Positions 51,831 through 59,804 are shown, counted from the first letter of the stretch. The stretch: 64,000 nucleotides of DNA from Minisyncoccota bacterium (GCA_036517115.1 DATDYB010000023.1:2839-66838), one strand, 5' to 3'. The notes: generated by a model not told the origin, from the letters alone. Translations and numbers: made by a program.

Positions 51831-52556
51831 ATGAATGAACAGACTGTAATCTTCACTGATGGCTCCTCTCGCGGCAACCCTGGTCCCGGCGGCTATGCTG
51901 CTATTATTGTTACTGGTGGGAAAGTGATTGAATTCGGCGGACAAGAAGCTCATACAACCAATAATCGTATGGAGCTCCGCGCCGCCATCGAAGCATTGAA
52001 GTTTCTAAAAGGTTCGACCTTTCTACAGATCCAAGGTCGAACCTTAGTCTACACAGACTCTCGGTATTTAATAAACGGCATTACCAAATGGGTGTTCGGT
52101 TGGCAGAAGAATGGTTGGATAACAGGAGCAAAAGAAGAAGTTCAGAATCGAGACCTCTGGGAAGCACTCGTTGCCTTAGTGCGCGGCAAAAAGATCGACT
52201 GGCAATACATCGGTGGTCACGTGGGTATCGCGGGAAACACAAGGTGCGATGAGATCGCCACGACGTTTGCTGATAATAAAAAAATTGATCTGTATTCAGG
52301 TTTCGTTGAGTCTTGTCCGATTAAGGATATTTTAAATATTAATATAGACCACACGTTGGTTGCAGAAAAATCAGAAACAAAAAATCGCTCACGAGCAAAA
52401 GCATATTCTTATCTCTCAATGATAAACGGTACCATTAAAACCCATGCCACCTGGGCTGAATGCGAAGCACGTGTTAAAGGTGTGAAAGGGGCGAAGTTTA
52501 AAAAGGCTCTCGATGCTGTGGAAGAGAAGAATATCACGGGTGAATGGAGAGCGTAA
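51831..52556 (+). CDS. rnhA: ribonuclease HI with C-terminal hybrid-binding-like (Cauli_VI-type) domain
   Basis: The RNase H core has FTDGSSRGNPGPGGYAA, TNNRMELRAAIEAL, YTDSRY and GHVGIAGNTRCDEIA. The C-terminal 50 aa, AYSYLSMINGTIKTHATWAECEARVKGVKGAKFKKALDAVEE, match the W-x-E-C-x(3)-V-x-G-x(2)-G-A-x-(F/Y)-K-K pattern. Confidence 0.85.
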   Translation: MNEQTVIFTDGSSRGNPGPGGYAAIIVTGGKVIEFGGQEAHTTNNRMELRAAIEALKFLKGSTFLQIQGRTLVYTDSRYLINGITKWVFGWQKNGWITGAKEEVQNRDLWEALVALVRGKKIDWQYIGGHVGIAGNTRCDEIATTFADNKKIDLYSGFVESCPIKDILNINIDHTLVAEKSETKNRSRAKAYSYLSMINGTIKTHATWAECEARVKGVKGAKFKKALDAVEEKNITGEWRA

Positions 52557-52565
52557 TCTAATTAA

Positions 52566-52588
52566 TAAAAAAAGACGCACCAGCGTCT
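52566..52588 (-). terminator. intrinsic terminator overlapping the stop of 52587-52889
   Basis: The minus strand reads agacgc-tggt-gcgtct followed by ttttttt. Confidence 0.55.
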
Positions 52589-52889
52589 AAGGAGTCCAAT
52601 ATTCGATGTCTTCTGTCATGCTGTTGAACCTACCCTCGTCAACGAAGTGCGGGTTGGCGAACATCATGAGGACGTAGGCACCGGCTTTAATCTGGAGTAG
52701 TCGCTGTGCCTCGGTGTCTGAAGCATTTTTGTATGGGTTGTTCCGTTCCCATTGCTCAAGCGCTTTGCCCGCCTTTTTGTAATTTTCCCGAGTCCATACG
52801 GCATGACTCGCTTCGGAGGAAATGTGTCGCCTGTACCAATCTATCCACGTTAGGAATACAGCGAGACCGATAACAAACAAAAGGGTCAT
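52587..52889 (-). CDS. hypothetical membrane protein (100 aa)
   Basis: N-terminal TM segment MTLLFVIGLAVFLTWIDWY. No domain recognised. Confidence 0.45.
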   Translation of the reverse strand: MTLLFVIGLAVFLTWIDWYRRHISSEASHAVWTRENYKKAGKALEQWERNNPYKNASDTEAQRLLQIKAGAYVLMMFANPHFVDEGRFNSMTEDIEYWTP

Positions 52890-52945
52890 AAGAATGTATT
52901 TTCTCCCATCACGGTACCAGAGGTGCTCTTCCAGAGCAAGGGGTT

Positions 52946-52954
52946 TGTTACAAT
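52946..52954 (+). promoter_or_regulatory. extended -10 box TGtTACAAT, 7 nt before the comEC ATG
   Basis: ttTGtTACAATagagcgtATG. This favours the start at 52962 rather than the GTG at 52923. Confidence 0.5.
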
Positions 52955-52961
52955 AGAGCGT

Positions 52962-54470
52962 ATGGGTCAGCCAATGTTTCTTGTTGCTGTATCAGGATTT
53001 ATCGGGGGCGTGGCACTTCACTCCTTTTTTGATGTGGGCGCGGCGTTTTCACTTTTCGTCGTCTTTTTGGGAATTTCTCTGTTTGTTTACTATAGATTAA
53101 AAAAGAGACAACATCCCGGACAAGATTTTAAAGTGACACTCTTGCTCAGCGTATCCTTTATATGCTTCGGATTGGGACTTATACGTTACGATATCTCTCT
53201 CATCGACAGGGAGTCTGCGCTCACTCGGCGTATCGGAGAGAACGTCGAACTTTCTGGGATCGTCGTCGAAGAGCCGCAGGACAGGGAAAACATGCAGAGA
53301 TTGGTAGTGGAAATAGAAGAAGCAGAGACCAAAGCTTTGGTATGGACGACATTTTACCCGAGATTCGAATATGGTGACCGGATCAGCGTCTCGGGAATTC
53401 TCAAAGAGCCTCAAAATTTTGAAAGCGAGAACGGCCGAACGTTCGACTACCGTTCTTACCTAGCCAAAGACGGAATCTATTTCGAGTTCATGCGTCCCGA
53501 GCTCGAACCTGTTTCAAAAGACCACGGTAGTGTCATTAAAAAATATCTTTTTGGGTTCAAACATGCTTTTGTGGAGAATTTCAAAGAAAGTATTCCTGAA
53601 CCTTCCTCATCTTTGCTCGCCGGGCTCCTGGTGGGGGAGAAGTCATCGCTTGGTAAGGATTTGGAGAATGACCTTCGTACTGTTGGCCTCATCCATATGG
53701 TGGTGCTTTCAGGCTACAACATCACCCTCATCGCGGATTTCATTATGAAGATCTTTGCCTTTCTACCCAGGGCCCTCGGCCACACCTTTGGTATCATCTC
53801 CATTATTCTTTTTGCTCTCATGACGGGTGGCTCGGCGACGGTGGTGCGAGCAACTATCATGGCACTCCTTGCTGTAGCGGCGAGATCAAGTGCGCGAATA
53901 TACGATGTGGCGCGGGCTCTTATTATTGCCGGAACGGTCATGGTGATCCATAACCCGAAGATTCTTATTTTTGATCCTTCGTTCCAGCTAAGTTTTATGG
54001 CCACGCTTGGGCTTATCATCCTTTCCCCGAAAGTTGAAACGAGACTTCAATGGATTCCCGCGAAATATAAATTACGGGAGATCGCCACAGCGACGATCGC
54101 GACGCAGATCTTCGTTTTGCCTCTGCTTCTTTATATGACAGGGATGTTTAGTCTTATCTCACTTCCCGCAAACATTTTGGTTTTGATCGCAGTACCATAT
54201 GCTATGCTTCTCGGATTTTTCGCTGGTGCTTTGGGCTTTGTTTCCTTTGTCGCCTCTCTGCCGTTTGCCTACGTTGCCTACGCACTCCTCGCGTACCAGC
54301 TTACCCTTGTAGAATTCTTTGCTTCTTTGCCGTTCGCTTCGATCGCTATTCCATACTTTCCGGCATGGCTCATGGTCGGTGTTTACCTCTGTGGTGTCGT
54401 GTTCGTCTGGTGGAGAAATAGAAGACGAGTACCCACCGTACCGGATAATATTATCTACTTGCCTGAATGA
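52962..54470 (+). CDS. comEC: ComEC/Rec2 DNA internalisation channel protein without the metallo-beta-lactamase domain
   Basis: A polytopic membrane protein with a DUF4131/OB-like insert (VELSGIVVEEPQDRENMQRLVVEIE...) and a competence domain (GLIHMVVLSGYNITL...MTGGSATVVRA). It ends after the last TM segment. Confidence 0.8.
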   Translation: MGQPMFLVAVSGFIGGVALHSFFDVGAAFSLFVVFLGISLFVYYRLKKRQHPGQDFKVTLLLSVSFICFGLGLIRYDISLIDRESALTRRIGENVELSGIVVEEPQDRENMQRLVVEIEEAETKALVWTTFYPRFEYGDRISVSGILKEPQNFESENGRTFDYRSYLAKDGIYFEFMRPELEPVSKDHGSVIKKYLFGFKHAFVENFKESIPEPSSSLLAGLLVGEKSSLGKDLENDLRTVGLIHMVVLSGYNITLIADFIMKIFAFLPRALGHTFGIISIILFALMTGGSATVVRATIMALLAVAARSSARIYDVARALIIAGTVMVIHNPKILIFDPSFQLSFMATLGLIILSPKVETRLQWIPAKYKLREIATATIATQIFVLPLLLYMTGMFSLISLPANILVLIAVPYAMLLGFFAGALGFVSFVASLPFAYVAYALLAYQLTLVEFFASLPFASIAIPYFPAWLMVGVYLCGVVFVWWRNRRRVPTVPDNIIYLPE

Positions 54471-55050
54471 AATTCTTTTCGATCACTTCCCAATTCAGAT
54501 TCGCAAAGAAGTCTTCAATGTAGCTTTTCTTTCCGGAAGGTTGATAGTCAAAGACGAATGAGTGTTCCCACATATCGAGGCCAAGAATGAGTTGGCATCC
54601 GTTTAGTTGTCCCAGATGTTGTTCGTCTACCCACGCATGAACAAGTTTTTTTACAATAGGATCGTAGTAGAGCATTGCCCAGCCGATGCCACGGGTGAGA
54701 GCAATCGACTTGAACATGGCGAGCCAGCCGTCGAATAAACCGAACTGTTCCTCGATTGCTTTTTTAAGCACACTCCCAGCGGGGAGGGGTCTTGCTCCGT
54801 TTTCTAAACTTTTAAAATAATATTCGTGATTCCGCATGCCGTTCCATTCGAAGCTGAAGCGGCGCTGTAGTTCGCCAAGTGCATACGCATTTTTTTCAGC
54901 ATCCAGTTTCATTTCGGTAATCTTTTCGAAAATTAAATTAACATGCTTCACATATCCGGAATAAAGTTTCAGATGTTCCTCGACACTTTTTTTAGAAATA
55001 CCTTTCAGTTCTGGGATATTAAATTTTTGCTCGTCGTATTTGAAGTTCAT
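54451..55050 (-). CDS. Fe/Mn-family superoxide dismutase
   Basis: The likely start is MNFKYDEQKF (ATG at 55050). EEHLKLYSGYV, WNGMRNHEYYF and LGLDMWEHSFVFDY motifs are present. Its 3-prime end overlaps the comEC 3-prime end by 20 bp (convergent). Confidence 0.85.
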   Translation of the reverse strand: MNFKYDEQKFNIPELKGISKKSVEEHLKLYSGYVKHVNLIFEKITEMKLDAEKNAYALGELQRRFSFEWNGMRNHEYYFKSLENGARPLPAGSVLKKAIEEQFGLFDGWLAMFKSIALTRGIGWAMLYYDPIVKKLVHAWVDEQHLGQLNGCQLILGLDMWEHSFVFDYQPSGKKSYIEDFFANLNWEVIEKNFIQASR

Positions 55051-55101
55051 AGATTCACGATTAATGTATATTTTTAGTATAACATTTTCTGAAGTTTTTA
55101 A

Positions 55102-55110
55102 TGCTACAAT
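55102..55110 (+). promoter_or_regulatory. extended -10 box TGcTACAAT, 6 nt before the ATG at 55117
   Basis: aaTGcTACAATtttctcATG. Confidence 0.5.
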
Positions 55111-55116
55111 TTTCTC

Positions 55117-55971
55117 ATGCAAAAAAGGGAGCGGATCAAATACGGAGTACTGGTAGGGCTTCTATTGTTTACATCTTTTGTGTGGTACGTGATCGCGCTG
55201 GAGTCGAGACAAGGGAAGCTTACGGTGACGTTTTTAGACATCGGACAGGGTGATGCGATTTTCATCGATACTCCGAGCGGTAATCAGGTGTTGGTGGACG
55301 GAGGTGCGAATAAAAAAGTGCTTTCTGAGCTTGGTAGAGTAATGCCGTTTTTCGACCGCTCTATCGATATGATAATCGCCACTCATCCCGACAGGGATCA
55401 CATCGGCGGTCTGCCGTGGGTAATGGAGAAATACGCGGTGACGAGCGTTGTGGAACCGGGGGTCAAAGGAGAATCCGCCGAATCCGTCCATTTCAATACC
55501 CTGGTTAGTGAGCGGGGTGTTAAAAAAGAGCTGGCCCGAAGAGGAGCGGTCTACGATCTGGGCGAAGGAGTAAAACTTACCATTCTCTTCCCCGACAGGG
55601 ATGTTTCGGGGCTTGAAACAAATGACGCCTCGATTGTCGCGAGGCTCACCTACGGAAACACGTCATACCTACTCACAGGGGACTCACCGCAGAAAATTGA
55701 AAACTATTTGGTGTCGCTTGATGGAGTCGGACTTAAAAGCGATGTTCTGAAAGCTGGGCATCATGGTTCCCGCACTTCAACAAGCGAAGCATTCGTGGCG
55801 GCAGTGCTGCCGTCTATTGCGGTAATTTCCGCAGGTAAAAATAATTCATACGGCCATCCTCATAAGGAAGTGCTTGGCGTACTCGAAAAATTTAAAGTAA
55901 AGATTCTTCGCACCTATGACCGCTCGAGAATTAAAATAATCTCTGACGGGACTTCTTTGAAGATAAAATAA
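55117..55971 (+). CDS. membrane-anchored ComEC-type metallo-beta-lactamase-fold protein (separate polypeptide)
   Basis: The N-terminal TM segment is YGVLVGLLLFTSFVWYVIAL. It is followed by LTVTFLDIGQGDAIFIDTPSGNQVLVDGG, IATHPDRDHIGGL, LLTGDS and AGHHGS, as in the ComEC C-terminal domain. Confidence 0.8.
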   Translation: MQKRERIKYGVLVGLLLFTSFVWYVIALESRQGKLTVTFLDIGQGDAIFIDTPSGNQVLVDGGANKKVLSELGRVMPFFDRSIDMIIATHPDRDHIGGLPWVMEKYAVTSVVEPGVKGESAESVHFNTLVSERGVKKELARRGAVYDLGEGVKLTILFPDRDVSGLETNDASIVARLTYGNTSYLLTGDSPQKIENYLVSLDGVGLKSDVLKAGHHGSRTSTSEAFVAAVLPSIAVISAGKNNSYGHPHKEVLGVLEKFKVKILRTYDRSRIKIISDGTSLKIK

Positions 55972-56006
55972 AACCCTCTTTCGAGGGATTTATAAATAAG
56001 CGCTTT

Positions 56007-56121
56007 AGAAAAAACGGCCCAGATGCGAGACGCGAGCGAGTAGTGCGACCAAGCTGTAGTTTGATACTACTGCGTGGGAGCACACGGAGCTTGCAACGAA
56101 GCAGGTGGGATTGTTTTTTCT
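56007..56121. repeat. 115-nt long imperfect palindrome bounded by AGAAAAAAC / GTTTTTTCT (probable long-stem bidirectional terminator)
   Basis: The ends are perfectly complementary. The apex hairpin is gtagt-ttgat-actac at 56056-56070. The arms pair with several internal loops. The right end overlaps the rpmB stop codon. Confidence 0.5.
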
Positions 56122-56362
56122 AAAGGAGACCGGCTTTTTTGAGAGTAGCGTAAGCCCCGTTCTTATTGATCGTTTTGATTGCTCGTGTTGAGAGAGTAAG
56201 AATGATGTGCTTTTTAAGTTCAGGAACGTAAATTTTCTTCTTCTTGAGATTAACCTGTTTTCGGACTTTTCCGGTAGGATTATACTGGGTAGCACGAGTA
56301 CGGTTGCTGTAACCGCCTCCTACAATGCTCCCTCTTTTTGTTACTGCACAGATTTTAGCCAT
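56120..56362 (-). CDS. rpmB: 50S ribosomal protein L28
   Basis: 80 aa, MAKICAVTKRGSIVGGGYSNRTRATQYNPTGKVRKQVNL... The TGaTAGCAT box ends 7 nt before the ATG. Confidence 0.85.
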   Translation of the reverse strand: MAKICAVTKRGSIVGGGYSNRTRATQYNPTGKVRKQVNLKKKKIYVPELKKHIILTLSTRAIKTINKNGAYATLKKAGLL

Positions 56363-56402
56363 GAAGGGTATGCTATCATAAGGGTAAATTTAATCAAGTT
56401 TT

Positions 56403-57020
56403 ATGGAAGTAATGTTTATTTTTTCAATCGCTATTCTTATCATGTCGGTCGTCGCCCATGAGGTTGCCCATGCGTGGAGCGCAGAGCTCTTGGGTGACCC
56501 CACGCCGCGACTCGCCGGCCGCTTAACGCTCAACCCCCTTCGACATTTGGACTTGTTCGGTTCCCTTATCGTGCCGCTCATCACTTTTTTTGCCGGCGGC
56601 ATAATTTTTGGCTGGGCCAAGCCTGTGGTCTGGAATCCCTATAACATTCGAAACGCCAGGTGGGGGGAGGGGCTCATAGCGTTCGCCGGTCCTCTCACGA
56701 ATCTTCTTATTGCATTGTTCTTCTCCCTTATCATCCGATTTGTCGCGCCTCTGTATCCGCTACCGCTCTCTTTTATCGATATCTCGCAATACATTATTCT
56801 CATCAATATCACCCTGGCGATATTCAACCTGGTACCAGTGCCCCCACTTGATGGTTCAAAAATTCTTTTTATGTTGATTCCGCCGCACTATCAGCATGTA
56901 CGAGAAATGATTGAACGCTATTCAATGGTGCTCATCTTAATTTTCATTTTCGTGCTCTGGAGGTTCATTACTCCCGTGATCCCTTGGTTGTATAAAATAT
57001 TTACAGGACTAAGTTTTTAA
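56403..57020 (+). CDS. site-2 protease family (peptidase M50) membrane protein
   Basis: HEVAHAW (HExxH), LNPLRHLD and NLVPVPPLDGSKIL motifs. Confidence 0.8.
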   Translation: MEVMFIFSIAILIMSVVAHEVAHAWSAELLGDPTPRLAGRLTLNPLRHLDLFGSLIVPLITFFAGGIIFGWAKPVVWNPYNIRNARWGEGLIAFAGPLTNLLIALFFSLIIRFVAPLYPLPLSFIDISQYIILINITLAIFNLVPVPPLDGSKILFMLIPPHYQHVREMIERYSMVLILIFIFVLWRFITPVIPWLYKIFTGLSF

Positions 57021-58121
57021 CTTTTCCGCCTCGCACACTTTGTATGATGTGTTTTCTGTGACAATGCGAATTTTTCCGACAAAGGTGTTCATGAGTTTGT
57101 CGTAGCCCAAGAATGTGTTAAATACTAATCGCAATTTTCCTGCTGTAGCTAAATGATGGGGAGCTTCTTTGATAAGTCGTTCGCTTGCTTCAGACGATGT
57201 TTTGATGCCTTGATGGAAGGGGGGATTGGAAATGATTAAATCATATTTTTCATCAATATCTGAAAACACATCAGAGGGAATGATTCGAACGTTGGAAACC
57301 TTGTTCGCTTCCATGGTGAGACGTGCTGATTCGAGTGAAAGCGCGTTCACATCGGATAGATGAATCACACTCTCCGGTGATATTTTCTTAAGATACATAC
57401 CAATAACCCCAGAACCACAAGCGATATCAAGTAGTGTGATTTTTGTATGAAGGTCTATGTGAGGTATTTTGTCAGAGATGGACGTGTCTTGCGTATCCTG
57501 CAAGGTGAGCGATTCAAGCAATAATTTTGTTCCTGCGTCGAGCTTACCCAGGCTGAACACACCGGGTAGATTGCAGACCGTGAAGGAGACTTCGCCAATC
57601 ATCGCTTCGTATCGACTTATAAATTCCTCAGGTTGTTTGCTGATCTCTGTTTTTTTCTCTGCCTCAAACCACACACAGTGCCGTGCCGCGTCGTTCGCAG
57701 TAATTGGACCAATCAATCTTTCGATATCTTTCTTGGCGCTCCTGATACCCCCATCGTTCTCTCCGACGACGACAACTTTTCCACCGTGTGCCGTATTTAA
57801 TGATGCAAGCGTCAGCACATATTCAATAAGCGGTTTGCTTTTAGGTAGGTAGACGATCGTGGTGTCATGAAGGGACGATGAAGTATGCCAATGGTTGAAA
57901 ACGGTAGTTACATTTTTGTCTTCAGCAGATGCGGTCTGTACTCTTTTGTAATCAGCGTAATCGAAATAGAAGAGGGTGAGGGTGCTTTCAGGGAGTTTTT
58001 CTTTAAGTGCCACACCAACTTCCTCATCGGGACAGTTTAAAACAAGGAGGTTGCTCCCTGTGATTTTTTCGATATTTCTGATCACCAGCTGTGATGGTTT
58101 GCTTAGTTCACGTGATTCCAT
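57009..58121 (-). CDS. class I SAM-dependent rRNA methyltransferase (RsmC/RlmG-like)
   Basis: 370 aa in a two-lobed arrangement. The C-terminal lobe has LLDIACGSGVIG and IISNPPFHQG. Confidence 0.75.
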   Translation of the reverse strand: MESRELSKPSQLVIRNIEKITGSNLLVLNCPDEEVGVALKEKLPESTLTLFYFDYADYKRVQTASAEDKNVTTVFNHWHTSSSLHDTTIVYLPKSKPLIEYVLTLASLNTAHGGKVVVVGENDGGIRSAKKDIERLIGPITANDAARHCVWFEAEKKTEISKQPEEFISRYEAMIGEVSFTVCNLPGVFSLGKLDAGTKLLLESLTLQDTQDTSISDKIPHIDLHTKITLLDIACGSGVIGMYLKKISPESVIHLSDVNALSLESARLTMEANKVSNVRIIPSDVFSDIDEKYDLIISNPPFHQGIKTSSEASERLIKEAPHHLATAGKLRLVFNTFLGYDKLMNTFVGKIRIVTENTSYKVCEAEKLKT

Positions 58122-58284
58122 ATGGACTAGCCTAGCATAATTTGCGTTTTTTTAAAGTTTGTATTACTGTACATTCATAGCTTTTTGACTAAAGCTTTTA
58201 TTAATCACAAGGGTAAGTATGAGTAATCTCAAGGCCAACTCGGCCGGAAGATGAAGAACTTCAAACTTCCCGTTATTAAAAAGA

Positions 58285-58698
58285 ATGCCCACCATCAATC
58301 AGTTAGTGCGAAGAAATAGAAAGAAATTGTACCGCAAGCCAAAAGCGGTGGCGTTAATGCGTGGTTTTAATACCATCAAGAACCGTCCTCGTTTTTACCC
58401 ATCTCCTTTCAAGCGAGGAGTATGTATCAAGGTGACGACCAAAACGCCGAAGAAGCCGAACTCAGCTATCCGAAAGATCGCCCGCGTTCGTTTGACGAAT
58501 GGTATGGAGGTTACCGCCTACGTGCCCGGCATCGGACACAACCTACAGGAGCACTCAGTAGTACTTCTTCGAGGTGGCCGTGTGAAGGACGTCGGTATTC
58601 GATACACCATCGTTCGAGGCGTGCTCGACGCCGGTGGGGTAGAGAAACGTATGAAAGGTCGCAGCCAATACGGAGCTAAGAGGCCTAAAAAGGCTTAG
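58285..58698 (+). CDS. rpsL: 30S ribosomal protein S12
   Basis: MPTINQLVR..., [18 protein letters not shown] and [19 protein letters not shown]. Confidence 0.95.
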   Translation: MPTINQLVRRNRKKLYRKPKAVALMRGFNTIKNRPRFYPSPFKRGVCIKVTTKTPKKPNSAIRKIARVRLTNGMEVTAYVPGIGHNLQEHSVVLLRGGRVKDVGIRYTIVRGVLDAGGVEKRMKGRSQYGAKRPKKA

Positions 58699-58792
58699 AT
58701 ACCAATATACTAATTAGTGCCAATATACGAATGAATACGAATCGGGATTTGCAGCCATTAGTAGATTTGTATCATTTGTAGATTGGTATATT
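58699..58792 (+). repeat. hairpin element copy 2 (family shared with 8331-8432) filling the rpsL-rpsG spacer
   Basis: The ends ataccaat / attggtat pair. The inner stem tacgaatgaatacgaat / atttgtatcatttgta has G-U pairs valid only on the plus strand. The 3-prime 45 nt are about 80 percent identical to the tig-proximal arm of copy 1. The terminal TGgTATATT lies 7 nt before the rpsG ATG. Confidence 0.6.
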
Positions 58793-58799
58793 AAATTCT

Positions 58800-59270
58800 A
58801 TGCGAAGAAAAATAAAAGCACGACGACCCCTGAATCCCGACCTGGTGTACAGCTCGGTTAAAGTTTCAAAATTTATCAACTACATCATGGAACGTGGCAA
58901 GAAAAACACTGCCCGAGAGATCGTCTATGATTGTTTTGAAGCTATCAAGGAAAAAGCAAAAGTGGAAAATCCGATGGAAGTATTTGATACTGCGCTCAAG
59001 AACACTGCGCCGAATATGGAAGTACGTTCACGACGAGTGGGAGGTGCCAACTACCAGGTTCCTCGAGAAGTTCGACCTGAACGAAAACAGGCGCTTTCAA
59101 TGAAGTGGATTATTGACGCAGCTCGAAACAAAAAGGGCGCTGAAATGCACAAAAAGCTAGCGGATGAGATCATTCTTGCAGCAAAGGGAGAAGGTGAGGC
59201 GGTGAAGAAGCGTGAGAACACGCACAAGATGGCTGAGGCCAATAAAGCCTTTGCCCATTTCGCCTGGTAG
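58800..59270 (+). CDS. rpsG: 30S ribosomal protein S7
   Basis: 156 aa with KFINYIMERGKKNTA, RRVGGANYQVP and AHFAW at the end. Confidence 0.95.
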   Translation: MRRKIKARRPLNPDLVYSSVKVSKFINYIMERGKKNTAREIVYDCFEAIKEKAKVENPMEVFDTALKNTAPNMEVRSRRVGGANYQVPREVRPERKQALSMKWIIDAARNKKGAEMHKKLADEIILAAKGEGEAVKKRENTHKMAEANKAFAHFAW

Positions 59271-59337
59271 TTTCGCGCCAAGCGTCGAAACTACAGCTGC
59301 GAAATGGAGCCCGAGCCTTCCGAGGCGAGGTGCCCGC

Positions 59338-59494
59338 TTGATTTTCGTTCCTACCGAAAATCATGTCGCAAGATTTCCCATAACGTAGTTATAAAAAATT
59401 TGCGACTGCTTGGTAGAAGACACGGAACAGACGTGGAACGAAGCCAGCACGGAACGAAAGGAACAAAACGAAAAGCGGGACAGCCCGCTTTTTT
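59338..59494 (+). repeat. about 157-nt intergenic unit, copy B (paralog of 34803-34960)
   Basis: ttgattttcgttcctaccgaaaatcatgtcgcaagattt... It ends with agcggg-acag-cccgct followed by tttttt (59474-59494). Confidence 0.6.
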
Positions 59495-59522
59495 CGTGCT
59501 AGTGTCCCAACAGGAGAACATT

Positions 59523-59804
59523 ATGAAGAAATATTCAGTCTATATCCGCTGTTCATACGAACCCCTGGATAGTGCCAGCCCCACGCATCGAGAAGTGCAT
59601 TCCATGGAAGTATCTACAGAACTTTTGCCGTTCGTCGCCGCACTTAAGGATGCTCATCTTGCAGAGCCGTGCTGGGAAATAGAGACAATCCTCATTCTTC
59701 CGGAAGGCGCGCTCTGTCAACTACCAATTGACGAGCATCACGACTCAATCGATGAGTTTCTCAACCACTTCGGCGGCGTCAGGTTTAAAAAGAAAATAGG
59801 GTGA
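59523..59804 (+). CDS. hypothetical protein (93 aa) inserted in the str operon
   Basis: ATG at 59523 preceded by CAGGAGAA. Begins MKKYSVYIRCSYEPLDSASP... No domain recognised. Confidence 0.45.
   Translation: MKKYSVYIRCSYEPLDSASPTHREVHSMEVSTELLPFVAALKDAHLAEPCWEIETILILPEGALCQLPIDEHHDSIDEFLNHFGGVRFKKKIG

Noticed and set aside
56007-56121. SRP (4.5S) RNA, suggested by a long hairpin, a GCAA tetraloop and GAAGCAGG.
   Set aside because: The GCAA loop is not at the apex of the long hairpin. The apex loop is ttgat, and the conserved GGAA/AGCA symmetric-loop arrangement of SRP domain IV is not reproduced.
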